Shown one piece after another: positions 32,622 to 40,329 of a stretch of DNA of 40,329 nucleotides. The notes under the pieces are model-generated. The model was not told the DNA's origin, did no database searches, and was given only the letters and a program-made list of their open reading frames with translations. This DNA comes from a virus, in the IMG/VR virus record IMGVR_UViG_3300045988_055356, one strand, 5' to 3'. Positions within the stretch are counted from its first letter, which is position 1; each line of letters begins with the position of its first letter. The translations under genes were made by a program, and so were the position numbers.

Positions 32622-33064
32622 AATCTTAATTTCTGATATTCATTTTTTAATAACTGAATAATTCTAACATTTCCGGGATATATACGCATATTCTCACGGT
32701 CGCCATTCTCCCAACGGTTATGCATTTCAAAACAAAGTATATTTATGTTCCTCGGGTCGTGCGCCATTTCCGGGTATGCTCCACGTGTCAATATATGCGA
32801 ACAATAGGTTGCCGAATAATTATGTAACGGCCGCAATGTTTCCTCGCATCTGTGCGGTTTATGCTCCCATACCCACCGGAAAAATCTTTGGTTGGCAACG
32901 GGAATGTTACCACGTCCAAACACACAATGTCCGAACAATTCCCGTTGCAAATCAGCCCTTAATCGTATGTCTAACCGAAAATTGCGAATATCCAATAACG
33001 GCTCATATCCATGCAACACGCAATAATCATATTCGTAACGTTCTGTTAACAATATAGGCTCCAT
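32618..33064 (-). CDS. HNH-like endonuclease-fold protein (putative).
   Basis: CSHILTRGAYPEMAHDPRNINILCFEMHNRWENG shows His ... Asn ... His spacing consistent with an HNH (beta-beta-alpha-Me) motif. Confidence 0.45.
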   Translation of the reverse strand: MEPILLTERYEYDYCVLHGYEPLLDIRNFRLDIRLRADLQRELFGHCVFGRGNIPVANQRFFRWVWEHKPHRCEETLRPLHNYSATYCSHILTRGAYPEMAHDPRNINILCFEMHNRWENGDRENMRIYPGNVRIIQLLKNEYQKLRL

Positions 33065-33807
33065 TACTTATTTCCCGGATCTGTGTCGGACATGTAGACC
33101 AAAGGATTTGCTTCTCCGTTTGCTCCGAACAATTCCATTTGTGCCTTTTTGCCCTCAAACAGAAATTCGTAAACTTCATTTTCAATGTTCCAAACGATAT
33201 TTTCCAAATCCTCCTCAAAGCCAAATGTTTCAGTATTATATTTCAGTCGTGGCGAATTAATCGCCGTTTTCTGATTATTAGAAACCGTAAACAATCCGGT
33301 CAATACGACACCGACATTATCATCCTGCCCGGATAGCGAGACACCACGAACTTCAATGTTTGCCAAACATTTGTCTGCGAAATCCTCTGATAATTCAATT
33401 TGTTTTTTTGTCGCCTTAAATTCCGGCGTGGCCATCAATGTTTTAAATGATGTTATGTTGAATATCCGTCCCATTATCGGGCAAAGGTCTTTGAATAAAG
33501 ACCTCAAATCCGGGTGTATATCCTTAGCACTCATTACATGATATTTATTCACGTAAACTTCATTTGCGACGGTTTCCGTTACTTCATAATGTACGTCTAA
33601 TCCGCCATCTTTCAGCAATTTAACCTTTGACAAAGAAAATTTATCCTTTGACGGTACGGGTATTACATTTTTTTTATCGCTCATAATTTTATTTATTATT
33701 TTTTGTTTCCGGGCTCCTCCCGGTTGGTTGTAATTCAAATTTCTCACATATAACATCATCGGCGTAAACGCCATTATCAGCGCATTGCTGATAATAGATG
33801 CAATCAA
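33064..33807 (-). CDS. Hypothetical protein with a hydrophobic N-terminus.
   Basis: 247-aa ORF. An alternative start at ATG 33684 (MSDKKNV) is possible, but it would leave an unusually long gap. Confidence 0.5.
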   Translation of the reverse strand: MIASIISNALIMAFTPMMLYVRNLNYNQPGGARKQKIINKIMSDKKNVIPVPSKDKFSLSKVKLLKDGGLDVHYEVTETVANEVYVNKYHVMSAKDIHPDLRSLFKDLCPIMGRIFNITSFKTLMATPEFKATKKQIELSEDFADKCLANIEVRGVSLSGQDDNVGVVLTGLFTVSNNQKTAINSPRLKYNTETFGFEEDLENIVWNIENEVYEFLFEGKKAQMELFGANGEANPLVYMSDTDPGNK

Positions 33808-33819
33808 TACATAAGTTCA

Positions 33820-34425
33820 TTAAAAATCATTTTCGTTCAACAATTCATGTTTCTTATTTTCCGTAGGCTCAACTTCTGGTAATTTTACCGGGGACGGGTC
33901 GCAAAACTCAATTATGCGTTTCACTTTTTTTGTTTTGGCGGGTTCCTTTTTGGATCTGAAATTCAACGTGTTCTCCGGATATTCTTTTTGTTTCAATTCA
34001 ATAATACCATTTTCGACCAAAACCGGAATACAACGTTTGCATGCCCTCACGTCCTCTAACGCATCATGCGCTGGGAATGTTTCGCCGGGGAAACATTTAT
34101 TATAAAGTTCTTCCAACGTCGGATATTTGATACCTTTCCCGTTGCTTTTTTTTGCACCGACAAATTTAATAGTTTTCATCATTGTATCAATACGTTTTCC
34201 CTTAAATAATGCTTTGTCGGCCTTTGCATCATAATATTCACGCCCCATAATTGATAATATCATTGCTTTTACAATTGACGTGTCAAAGTATATATTATGG
34301 CCAATTAACAAGCGGGCTGATGTGCAATCCTCCAAAAATTCATCAATAACAAATTCAAATGGTGCGCCCTCGTTCTGCGCCCTTGGGCGGAATCCCGGTT
34401 GTTTCGCAATCAAAGACCAAAACAT
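33820..34425 (-). CDS. DEDDh (DnaQ-like) 3'-5' exonuclease domain lacking the N-terminal Exo I motif. May be a decaying gene.
   Basis: Exo II is present (LLIGHNIYFD) and Exo III is present (AHDALEDV). No DxE (Exo I) is found, because the ORF begins only ~42 aa before Exo II. An in-frame TGA lies two codons upstream of the ATG. Confidence 0.6.
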   Translation of the reverse strand: MFWSLIAKQPGFRPRAQNEGAPFEFVIDEFLEDCTSARLLIGHNIYFDTSIVKAMILSIMGREYYDAKADKALFKGKRIDTMMKTIKFVGAKKSNGKGIKYPTLEELYNKCFPGETFPAHDALEDVRACKRCIPVLVENGIIELKQKEYPENTLNFRSKKEPAKTKKVKRIIEFCDPSPVKLPEVEPTENKKHELLNENDF

Positions 34426-34436
34426 TTTTCAATGTA

Positions 34437-34649
34437 TTATTCACTCTTTTCATTTTTCTTGTTTTTTATTCTTGTTTCTTTTTCACGAACATTATACCCA
34501 CATTTAAATGCGGTCAAATAAATATAATCGCATGCCTCATACATCGTAGGGCTGCATTTCCCATTTGCGGGGCATTTGTCACACGACAATCGTTTCTCAT
34601 TGTCCCTTGCCTTTTGCCCGATTTTATCCAAATCCCTATATGGTTTCAT
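34437..34649 (-). CDS. Cys-rich small protein.
   Basis: 70 aa containing CDKCPANGKC...C...C. Confidence 0.4.
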   Translation of the reverse strand: MKPYRDLDKIGQKARDNEKRLSCDKCPANGKCSPTMYEACDYIYLTAFKCGYNVREKETRIKNKKNEKSE

Positions 34650-34835
34650 TCAAAATAAACTTTGCTGTTTATCTATATTTTTAGTCAATTCTACATACTT
34701 TGCATGTGCAATCCATACACACCCACATTTTAAACATTTTACACAGCTATACCCATGCGGCGTATATCTGTACCGGATAACCCGCCAATATGACAACGGG
34801 TAACATTTTCGTGGTTGATTACATTTGCAAAACAT
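34650..34835 (-). CDS. Cys-rich small protein (zinc-ribbon-like).
   Basis: 61 aa containing CKC...C...CVKCLKCGC. Confidence 0.4.
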   Translation of the reverse strand: MFCKCNQPRKCYPLSYWRVIRYRYTPHGYSCVKCLKCGCVWIAHAKYVELTKNIDKQQSLF

Positions 34836-34937
34836 TTATCATTTCTTTTTTGAAATATAGTAAAGTATTGCATACATTACAATTGCAATCAAAATTATGA
34901 TAATTGTTAGTATGTCCCATATTGTAATTATAATCAT
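34836..34937 (-). CDS. Possible 33-aa transmembrane micro-protein (MIIITIWDILTIIIILIAIVMYAILYYISKKK).
   Basis: My own translation. It exactly fills the gap between the stop at 34939 and the ATG at 34835. Confidence 0.35.
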
Positions 34938-34938
34938 A

Positions 34939-35370
34939 TCAAATAGTTTTAGGGTCGTCAATAAATATGCTGTATTCCTCTGCTGCAATCTGTTTCAAAT
35001 GCTCAATGTGTTCTATCAATTCAGCATTGTTTAACTCTGCAATTGTCCGCAAGCGTGTTTCGTATTTTCCGGTTGTTATATCCGGTGTTTGCTCATACAT
35101 AACCGGGGACAACTCACGCAAACGACGTTCTGTTTGTTCGTCCGTCAGACGTTCGCCCGCCTCCCATATTCCGCTCTTAAACGCTGGTACAACGTAATTG
35201 AAATAATACCCTTTCAAAGCCTCCGACGAACCGGGCGACGCTACACTAAACTGGGCGATTATTCGACAGCCTTTGTGCATTGCAAAGAATTGATTTAATT
35301 CTCCCATATACATTTGCAATCCGCCGTTATTATTAATCATTCCCGTTGCTGTTATCTCTCTTTTTTTCAT
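34939..35370 (-). CDS. Hypothetical protein.
   Basis: 143-aa ORF. The start is uncertain, with alternative ATGs at 35340 and 35313. Confidence 0.5.
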   Translation of the reverse strand: MKKREITATGMINNNGGLQMYMGELNQFFAMHKGCRIIAQFSVASPGSSEALKGYYFNYVVPAFKSGIWEAGERLTDEQTERRLRELSPVMYEQTPDITTGKYETRLRTIAELNNAELIEHIEHLKQIAAEEYSIFIDDPKTI

Positions 35371-35680
35371 TGTCTTTCTTTTCTTTATCAGCCAATTGTT
35401 TCATTGTCTTATTGAAAGCCTCATTGCCAACTTGCAATATAAAGTTCCTTTCACTGCTTGAATATCCCTGCAACTTCTTATCCATTGCATTTGCATACAA
35501 TACCGTCATTTGCCCCGGATCAAAAACTCCCCGTTCCTGCAAACGGTCTATTGGGTGCCTTTTCAATGGCGCAATGGCATTTCTGCGAACGTTTATCAAA
35601 TCAGTTATAACAACATTCATTTTATGATAAAATTCACGTGTCTTTATAACATCTGAAATTGTCATTTTTTTAATTTCCAT
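35333..35680 (-). CDS. Hypothetical protein.
   Basis: 115-aa ORF. Confidence 0.5.
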   Translation of the reverse strand: MEIKKMTISDVIKTREFYHKMNVVITDLINVRRNAIAPLKRHPIDRLQERGVFDPGQMTVLYANAMDKKLQGYSSSERNFILQVGNEAFNKTMKQLADKEKKDNEKKRDNSNGND

Positions 35681-35724
35681 ATTGTTTTGTTTAAGGGACG
35701 CCGGGGAACCGACGCCCCGGTTAA

Positions 35725-37083
35725 TTACTCGCTTTCTGTGTATTCCTCAATAATCAAATCGTCTTGTCCTCTCTTGACTTCCTCAATAAAGCCTTGGAAT
35801 CCGTTTTTCTTTGCAATCTCAATAATTGCTTGCAATCTCTTTTCGCCCAAACTTTCGCCTCTTGCTATGCGGAACACTTTAACCGTCGGATTGCTCGCAA
35901 TAATCAATTTTGCGGCAACTTCCATTATCTGCGAATCAGACACTTTTCCGGCAACAAATGGGACGTCATTTAACACCAATCCGTCGTCAGTGAATGAAAG
36001 TCCGGAAATAGGCAATTTTGCCGACGAAATAAGTTTCTCACGTTCTGCCGATAATTCCGCAATTTCTGAATCCATCTTTTCGGCCTCTGCCTTTTTGTCG
36101 TCTGCCTGCTTTTTCTTTGTCCGATAATCGGCAACTTTTGCAGCCATCTTATTGTGTTCCTCTGCCTTTCTCAACTGCTCTGCTGTATCTAACTTTTCCG
36201 GGTTGTTTTCCTCATACTTCGCCAACCAATTTTCCGCATTTGCTTTGCGTTTCTCAAAATCGGTTTTTTCTGCCTCAATCTGTGCAACGGTTTCTTTATA
36301 GGTATTTTCTGCCATTTCCATTGCCTTTTTTGCTGCTTCAATAGCTTTTTCGTATGAATCTTTTGCAGCCTCCAAACGTGCCGGAATTTCAGCCAATTGT
36401 GTTTTTCTTTGCGCCAAAGCCGAACGAACGGTTTTTGCTTTTTCAATCAATTGTGCGTTTTCCTGCTGTTCCCGCATCAATTCCGTAATATCCTTTGGTT
36501 TGGCATACATTTTCAAATCGGCTGTTGTCAATCCCTGCCCAGCTGCATCTGATATTGATTTGTAGGTTTTCAAATCCCGGTTTATTCCGGTGCGTTCTGT
36601 TTTCAGTGCGGAAACATTTGTATCAATTTCGGCAATTCTTTTGCGTACATTTTCCGGCAACAATGATTTGACAACTTCAATTTGTTTGCGGCGTCCCTCG
36701 GCGGTTTCCGACCAACGGGAAAATTCCACGGCGTCAAAATCTGTATAACCGAAAATCTTTTGCAGCATTGAAATGTTATCGCTCTTCATTCCGGTTGTCT
36801 TTGATTTTATGGATAACGTTCCACGTGGATTTGCTTTCGTGAATCGCAATTCAACCTCGTATTCCTCGCCGTCGTCGCCGACAATCATTTTTGCAAAGCC
36901 TTTGCTTTCTCCATTTCTTAACACGGCGTCACGGTTCCCGGTCAATAAAGCCCCAATTGCTTTTAAAACGGTTGACTTCCCCAACTCATTATCCCCGGTA
37001 ATGAAATAAACGTTACCGTCAAAATCTGCGTTAAACTCTTTAATAACTTGAAAGTTTACCAATTCTAATTTCTTAACTATCAT
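35725..37083 (-). CDS. SMC/SbcC/RecN-like ABC-type ATPase with a central coiled coil.
   Basis: The N-terminus has LELVNFQ...ITGDNELGKST (Walker A). It is followed by a ~200 aa coiled coil and a C-terminal FQGFIEEV (Walker B-like hhhhDE variant). Confidence 0.7.
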   Translation of the reverse strand: MIVKKLELVNFQVIKEFNADFDGNVYFITGDNELGKSTVLKAIGALLTGNRDAVLRNGESKGFAKMIVGDDGEEYEVELRFTKANPRGTLSIKSKTTGMKSDNISMLQKIFGYTDFDAVEFSRWSETAEGRRKQIEVVKSLLPENVRKRIAEIDTNVSALKTERTGINRDLKTYKSISDAAGQGLTTADLKMYAKPKDITELMREQQENAQLIEKAKTVRSALAQRKTQLAEIPARLEAAKDSYEKAIEAAKKAMEMAENTYKETVAQIEAEKTDFEKRKANAENWLAKYEENNPEKLDTAEQLRKAEEHNKMAAKVADYRTKKKQADDKKAEAEKMDSEIAELSAEREKLISSAKLPISGLSFTDDGLVLNDVPFVAGKVSDSQIMEVAAKLIIASNPTVKVFRIARGESLGEKRLQAIIEIAKKNGFQGFIEEVKRGQDDLIIEEYTESE

Positions 37084-37117
37084 GATGAACTCGGTTTATG
37101 CCTTTCGGCGGTTAATA

Positions 37118-37486
37118 TTATTTTTTCGTTTCTCTCATTCTTTGGTGTATCAACGTTTTAACTTTGACAAACACGTCCCGGTTGTCCTTTGCTTCCTCAA
37201 CCGTGCAATCAGCAATAAAATTGTCCAAACGTTTATATAAGTCGTCCAAATCCTTATAACTCATAGCATGCCTTTTGGCTCCCATATCATCAACAAATTC
37301 AGTAACTTTCACAAAATCAATTTGCTTATTTGCCTTTGCCTCATTTAAGCGGCCTAACTGATAATTATTCACGGTTTCAATATCTCCAACTTTTCTTATT
37401 TTCCGCAAATGTAGGTATGTACCTAAATACCACACAATCGGGTTGTCGCTATATATAGCCGTCAATTTTATTGTCGTTGTTTTCAT
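37118..37486 (-). CDS. Hypothetical protein.
   Basis: 122-aa ORF. Confidence 0.5.
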   Translation of the reverse strand: MKTTTIKLTAIYSDNPIVWYLGTYLHLRKIRKVGDIETVNNYQLGRLNEAKANKQIDFVKVTEFVDDMGAKRHAMSYKDLDDLYKRLDNFIADCTVEEAKDNRDVFVKVKTLIHQRMRETKK

Positions 37487-37487
37487 A

Positions 37488-37697
37488 TTACCAAATCATT
37501 ACGTCGTCTTTTTGTATATCCATTTTCCAACACTCTGAAAAAATATATTGTAGATCAGCATTTGAAAAAATGATTGCACAATCCTTGGTTCTTACCAATT
37601 GGTAATAAAATGATTTTTCCCCATAAGGGCCTACCGGACTAACATATTCAATGAAGTATTTGGTCCCAGTTAACTTAGCTGTATCCTCTGTTGTCAT
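37488..37697 (-). CDS. Small hypothetical protein, the first gene after promoter 37754-37784.
   Basis: The ORF-track start at 37748 is a TTG that lies essentially at the predicted transcription start. ATG 37697 (MTTEDTAKL) is more plausible. Confidence 0.45.
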   Translation of the reverse strand: MTTEDTAKLTGTKYFIEYVSPVGPYGEKSFYYQLVRTKDCAIIFSNADLQYIFSECWKMDIQKDDVMIW

Positions 37698-37753
37698 GAT
37701 GTATATTGTTTCATCCGGGAACCCGCCCGGTCGGTTTGTTGTTATCAACGGTG

Positions 37754-37784
37754 CAAATATACGTATATTTTTTTAATTACCAAA
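37754..37784 (-). promoter_or_regulatory. Bacteroidota-type promoter candidate: TTTG (37784-37781), 19-nt spacer, TATATTTG (37761-37754).
   Basis: Direct consensus match in a 91-nt intergenic gap immediately downstream of a terminator. Confidence 0.55.
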
Positions 37785-37804
37785 ACCTTTCCTTTAATTT
37801 TATC

Positions 37805-37833
37805 AAAAAAAATGCCCCGGACGTATTGTCCGG
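37805..37833 (-). terminator. Rho-independent terminator after CDS 37840..38061.
   Basis: The minus strand reads CCGGAC-AATAC-GTCCGG, then GGCA, then TTTTTTTT. Confidence 0.65.
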
Positions 37834-37839
37834 AACAAA

Positions 37840-38061
37840 TTAAAACAATTCTAATTGTTTGTCAAATATCTTATTTATAATATTATCAACTTGCTTTTCT
37901 AATTTCTTGCAAGTTTCCAATGTCGCCGTATTTCTGTGCGCAAAATATCGGCGTTGGTTAAATCTCATTTCTTTAACCAATCCCGCAAACTCATTTAGTG
38001 TTATTTTTGCGGAATTTTCGTTCTGTGGGCTTATATTCTTTTCCATGTGCAATTTATCCAT
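37840..38061 (-). CDS. Small hypothetical protein.
   Basis: 73-aa ORF. Confidence 0.5.
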   Translation of the reverse strand: MDKLHMEKNISPQNENSAKITLNEFAGLVKEMRFNQRRYFAHRNTATLETCKKLEKQVDNIINKIFDKQLELF

Positions 38062-38087
38062 TTAGTTATTAAAAACGTCCTACGGCA

Positions 38088-38642
38088 TTAAAATAATGCG
38101 TTGTACACTTTACTCGGCAAATTATCCCTAACCCATTGCGGATTATTCTGTAATATATAACGGCCGAAATGCATAATCAATGTTGCATCAGCGTTCCATA
38201 ACGTAGGTTTCAATTCCGGATATAAATTCCCTGCTATCTCCTTGTATCGGCGTTTCCGCTCGCTCTTATCCTCTTTCTTGCGGGTCGCCTTTACTCTCAA
38301 TTTCAATTCATTTTGCCACTTCATGGGGTGTACCATGACAAAAGGAATGTCGCAAACTGAAATGACTGCTTTCAATTGCTCACAATTGGCCATCATTTTT
38401 TGTATTCTGTACAATTTGCCCATATTGACGCCATCGGCACCCGGCATTATATCATCCGGGCGAACGCTCAATTTTTCTAAAAAAACCAAAGGCGAACAAA
38501 TCGACTTCAAATAAGATAAATAATCTTTCAAGTCGTTCAAATCTTTTGGCATTTTTACTGCCTTAATATTTTGGTTTGGCCTCCATGTAACAATTCCGCC
38601 GTTACTTCCGGGGTCTACCCCAACAATGCAATCAATTTTCAT
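38088..38642 (-). CDS. RuvC-like Holliday junction resolvase.
   Basis: The N-terminal IVGVDPGSNGG is the RNase H-fold first acidic motif. It is followed by FLEKL (Glu) and a C-terminal WNADATLIMHFG (Asp). 184 aa. Confidence 0.6.
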   Translation of the reverse strand: MKIDCIVGVDPGSNGGIVTWRPNQNIKAVKMPKDLNDLKDYLSYLKSICSPLVFLEKLSVRPDDIMPGADGVNMGKLYRIQKMMANCEQLKAVISVCDIPFVMVHPMKWQNELKLRVKATRKKEDKSERKRRYKEIAGNLYPELKPTLWNADATLIMHFGRYILQNNPQWVRDNLPSKVYNALF

Positions 38643-38913
38643 TTTCTCCCTCCAATCCTAATTTGTAAATCAGCATTCCAAATCTTAATACTTCTACAAT
38701 TCCTGCATATTTGATATAATCATTCTTTATAGAAACTATTTTGTCAGACAAAGATCTATAATCATCATATTTTTTTAAATCCATGCCAGAAACAAACATA
38801 TCCCATGCCTGCATATCCATGTCATTGTTTAATATAATTTGGCACGCTTCTTTATTGTTCCCGGCGTTTAATGCTTCCACTAATTTTACTTTTTGTTCCC
38901 ATTCCATATTCAA
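38632..38913 (-). CDS. Hypothetical protein.
   Basis: 93-aa ORF overlapping both neighbours by a few nt. Confidence 0.5.
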   Translation of the reverse strand: MNMEWEQKVKLVEALNAGNNKEACQIILNNDMDMQAWDMFVSGMDLKKYDDYRSLSDKIVSIKNDYIKYAGIVEVLRFGMLIYKLGLEGENEN

Positions 38914-39830
38914 AACTTTAAATATTGTTCAACTTGCATTTCCTCGGCAATCATCCGGTCAAACGCTCTGATTATTTCTTTGTGCCGTGCAACTTCATAC
39001 GCTGCGTAATCAATTTCCGGACTTGCAATGCCTTTTTTGCGCACGGCAAAAGCCGTATATTTATTTATCAGTCCATTTGATATGCGCTGCATATATATTG
39101 AATATGCCTTTTTACGGTGGGCGATTGAAACGTTTACATCATCAGCCAATCCGCATTTCATAAGCCAATCATAAACAAACATTTCGTCGCACAATTCAAA
39201 GACTACACGCCCGGTATATTTATAGCGTAAAAATAGTTTTCTCTTGCGCTCCTCGACACGCTTGTCATTGTTTCTGACTTGTTCCTCGCTAATATTTGGT
39301 TTGCCCGTCGGCAATGCCTTATATGCCTTTTCAAAAACTTCATTCTGTTTCTTTATATACGCCTTCAATATCTTTGATATATAGTCAATATTGAATTGTT
39401 GGTAATGTTTCTTGTCAACATTTCCGTGACTATCCCGTGGCAGATAGTCGTCTAATTCTCCTGCCGCCGTCAATTCAAACGCTAATTTTATGTCTGATAA
39501 TGTCAACGTTCCAAAATAGCGTTGCAATATATCAACAAGCCGTGTCTTGATATACGCCCATTCGTTTTCGTCGTTTGGAATATTATAGCCTACATCAATT
39601 GCAATGTATCTAAATATCTGTGACGAAGTTTCAAGCAATGTTTGTTTGTCTATTTCTTGTATTTGCGTTTTGGTTGATGCAACAAATACATACTTCTCAA
39701 CATTACTAAGACAATTGCATATTTCCGGCAACTGCATCATCTTACGCCGTATATCAATTGACTTTATTTCTGTTTGGCTTAATTCTAACGCCAAATCGGA
39801 CATGTTTATTTTATCGGGTAAATGTTTCAT
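38910..39830 (-). CDS. Hypothetical protein adjacent to the initiator-like gene (possible replication accessory factor, by position only).
   Basis: 306-aa ORF. No Walker motif was seen. Confidence 0.5.
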   Translation of the reverse strand: MKHLPDKINMSDLALELSQTEIKSIDIRRKMMQLPEICNCLSNVEKYVFVASTKTQIQEIDKQTLLETSSQIFRYIAIDVGYNIPNDENEWAYIKTRLVDILQRYFGTLTLSDIKLAFELTAAGELDDYLPRDSHGNVDKKHYQQFNIDYISKILKAYIKKQNEVFEKAYKALPTGKPNISEEQVRNNDKRVEERKRKLFLRYKYTGRVVFELCDEMFVYDWLMKCGLADDVNVSIAHRKKAYSIYMQRISNGLINKYTAFAVRKKGIASPEIDYAAYEVARHKEIIRAFDRMIAEEMQVEQYLKF

Positions 39831-39832
39831 AA

Positions 39833-40329
39833 TTAGAAATCGTCATTTAAAAATTTAACCGCATCATATACGTTTATCTTAGATGTGCTTTGTTGATATT
39901 GTAGCTTAACATGTAATTTGTTGCGCTCCACGTCTCCACGGATAAAATTCCGCACGGTCGCCAACCACCCATTTTTTGTGCGTTTCATATTTTTTTGGTC
40001 GCTCCAATCAGCAACGGCATGAAAATAATAGACTAAATCAACTCTTTCAAATTCCGGTGTTGCAAATCTCTTTTCAAACTCTGAATAATCAACACCCGCC
40101 CCGGCTTCATCAAATTTTACTAATTTGTAAATTTCAGAATTGCGGAATAATGTTTTTTTATCTTTGCTTTCCTCCGGTTCTTTAATGGGAATGTTTGCCG
40201 CAAATTCTAATTGCGGCTTAATATTATTATTTATATTATTATTTATATTATTATTTATATTATTTATATAGAGCGGATTTTTTTCCGCTTTCACGGGATT
40301 TTTTTCCGCTTTCACGGGATTTTTTTCCG
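39833..40329 (-). CDS. C-terminal part of the initiator-like protein, the same gene as 1..401. It includes the NNIN and KAEKNPV repeat linkers.
   Basis: The ORF-track M at 40315 is really an internal GTG codon of the repeat. The reading frame stays open to the window end and is continuous with 1..401 after circular closure, giving about 281 aa in total. Confidence 0.7.
   Translation of the reverse strand, partial: EKNPVKAEKNPVKAEKNPLYINNINNNINNNINNNIKPQLEFAANIPIKEPEESKDKKTLFRNSEIYKLVKFDEAGAGVDYSEFEKRFATPEFERVDLVYYFHAVADWSDQKNMKRTKNGWLATVRNFIRGDVERNKLHVKLQYQQSTSKINVYDAVKFLNDDF
40221..40268. repeat. 12-bp pure-AT tandem repeat (atattattattt, about 4 copies), in frame (NNIN)n, directly abutting the 21-bp repeats.
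   Basis: Read directly. About 50 nt with no G or C. Confidence 0.9.
40278..40329. repeat. Terminal redundancy: 52 nt identical to positions 1-52 (two full 21-bp units plus 10 nt).
   Basis: Direct comparison of the two window ends. Offsetting the alignment by one repeat unit fails, because 40257-40277 differs from 1-21. Confidence 0.9.

Noticed and set aside
894-40185. All plus-strand ORFs in the six-frame track, for example 1659..2075, 6162..6719, 13140..13592, 15225..15806, 16362..16865, 21886..22332 and 35687..36127.
   Set aside because: Each lies antisense to a longer minus-strand ORF that has recognisable motifs or tight operon packing. Their translations are low-complexity or hydrophobic shadow sequences (F/L/S/C-rich), and none has start-site context. 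I treat them as non-coding.
1-40329. Stop-codon reassignment or an alternative genetic code.
   Set aside because: Long uninterrupted ORFs with recognisable motifs (TerL, TMP, SSB, amidase) are obtained with the standard code. No gene appears fragmented by a recurrent in-frame stop.

Overview
The window is a complete or near-complete ~40.3 kb tailed-phage genome. Every credible gene lies on the minus strand. The last 52 nt (40278-40329) repeat the first 52 nt (1-52), so the sequence closes into a ~40,277 bp circle or circularly permuted genome. One gene is split across the window edge. Modules in transcription order (descending coordinates): (i) 401 -> wrap -> 37840, replication/recombination, with a winged-helix initiator-like protein that carries in-frame 21-bp iteron-like repeats and a RuvC-like resolvase. 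(ii) 37697 -> 28607, roughly two dozen early genes, including an SMC/SbcC-like ATPase, a 5'-truncated DEDDh exonuclease, an HNH-like protein, SSB, an ASCH protein, a MazG-like fusion and many Cys-rich mini-proteins. (iii) 28399 -> 4834, packaging, head, tail and lysis: TerS, TerL, portal, scaffold, major capsid, tape measure, tail proteins, a 926-aa tail fibre with tandem heptad arrays, holin, amidase and a spanin-like protein. (iv) 4505 -> 523, an accessory/regulatory region: a two-gene moron-like cassette, a DNA cytosine methyltransferase remnant, a possible plus-strand sRNA unit, a Zn-ribbon plus XRE-HTH pair, and a PD-(D/E)XK exonuclease with a coupled partner. Three intergenic promoters match the Bacteroidota TTTG...TAnnTTTG type and most starts lack a Shine-Dalgarno sequence, which suggests a Bacteroidota host (inference). 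I saw no integrase, tRNA, CRISPR array, reverse transcriptase, DNA polymerase, primase or replicative helicase. All calls rest on reading the sequence and ORF translations by eye. No database search or computation was run. The most noteworthy items are the origin-like iteron and AT-repeat block inside the initiator gene, the accessory locus at 3.4-4.8 kb, and the modular, repeat-bearing tail fibre.
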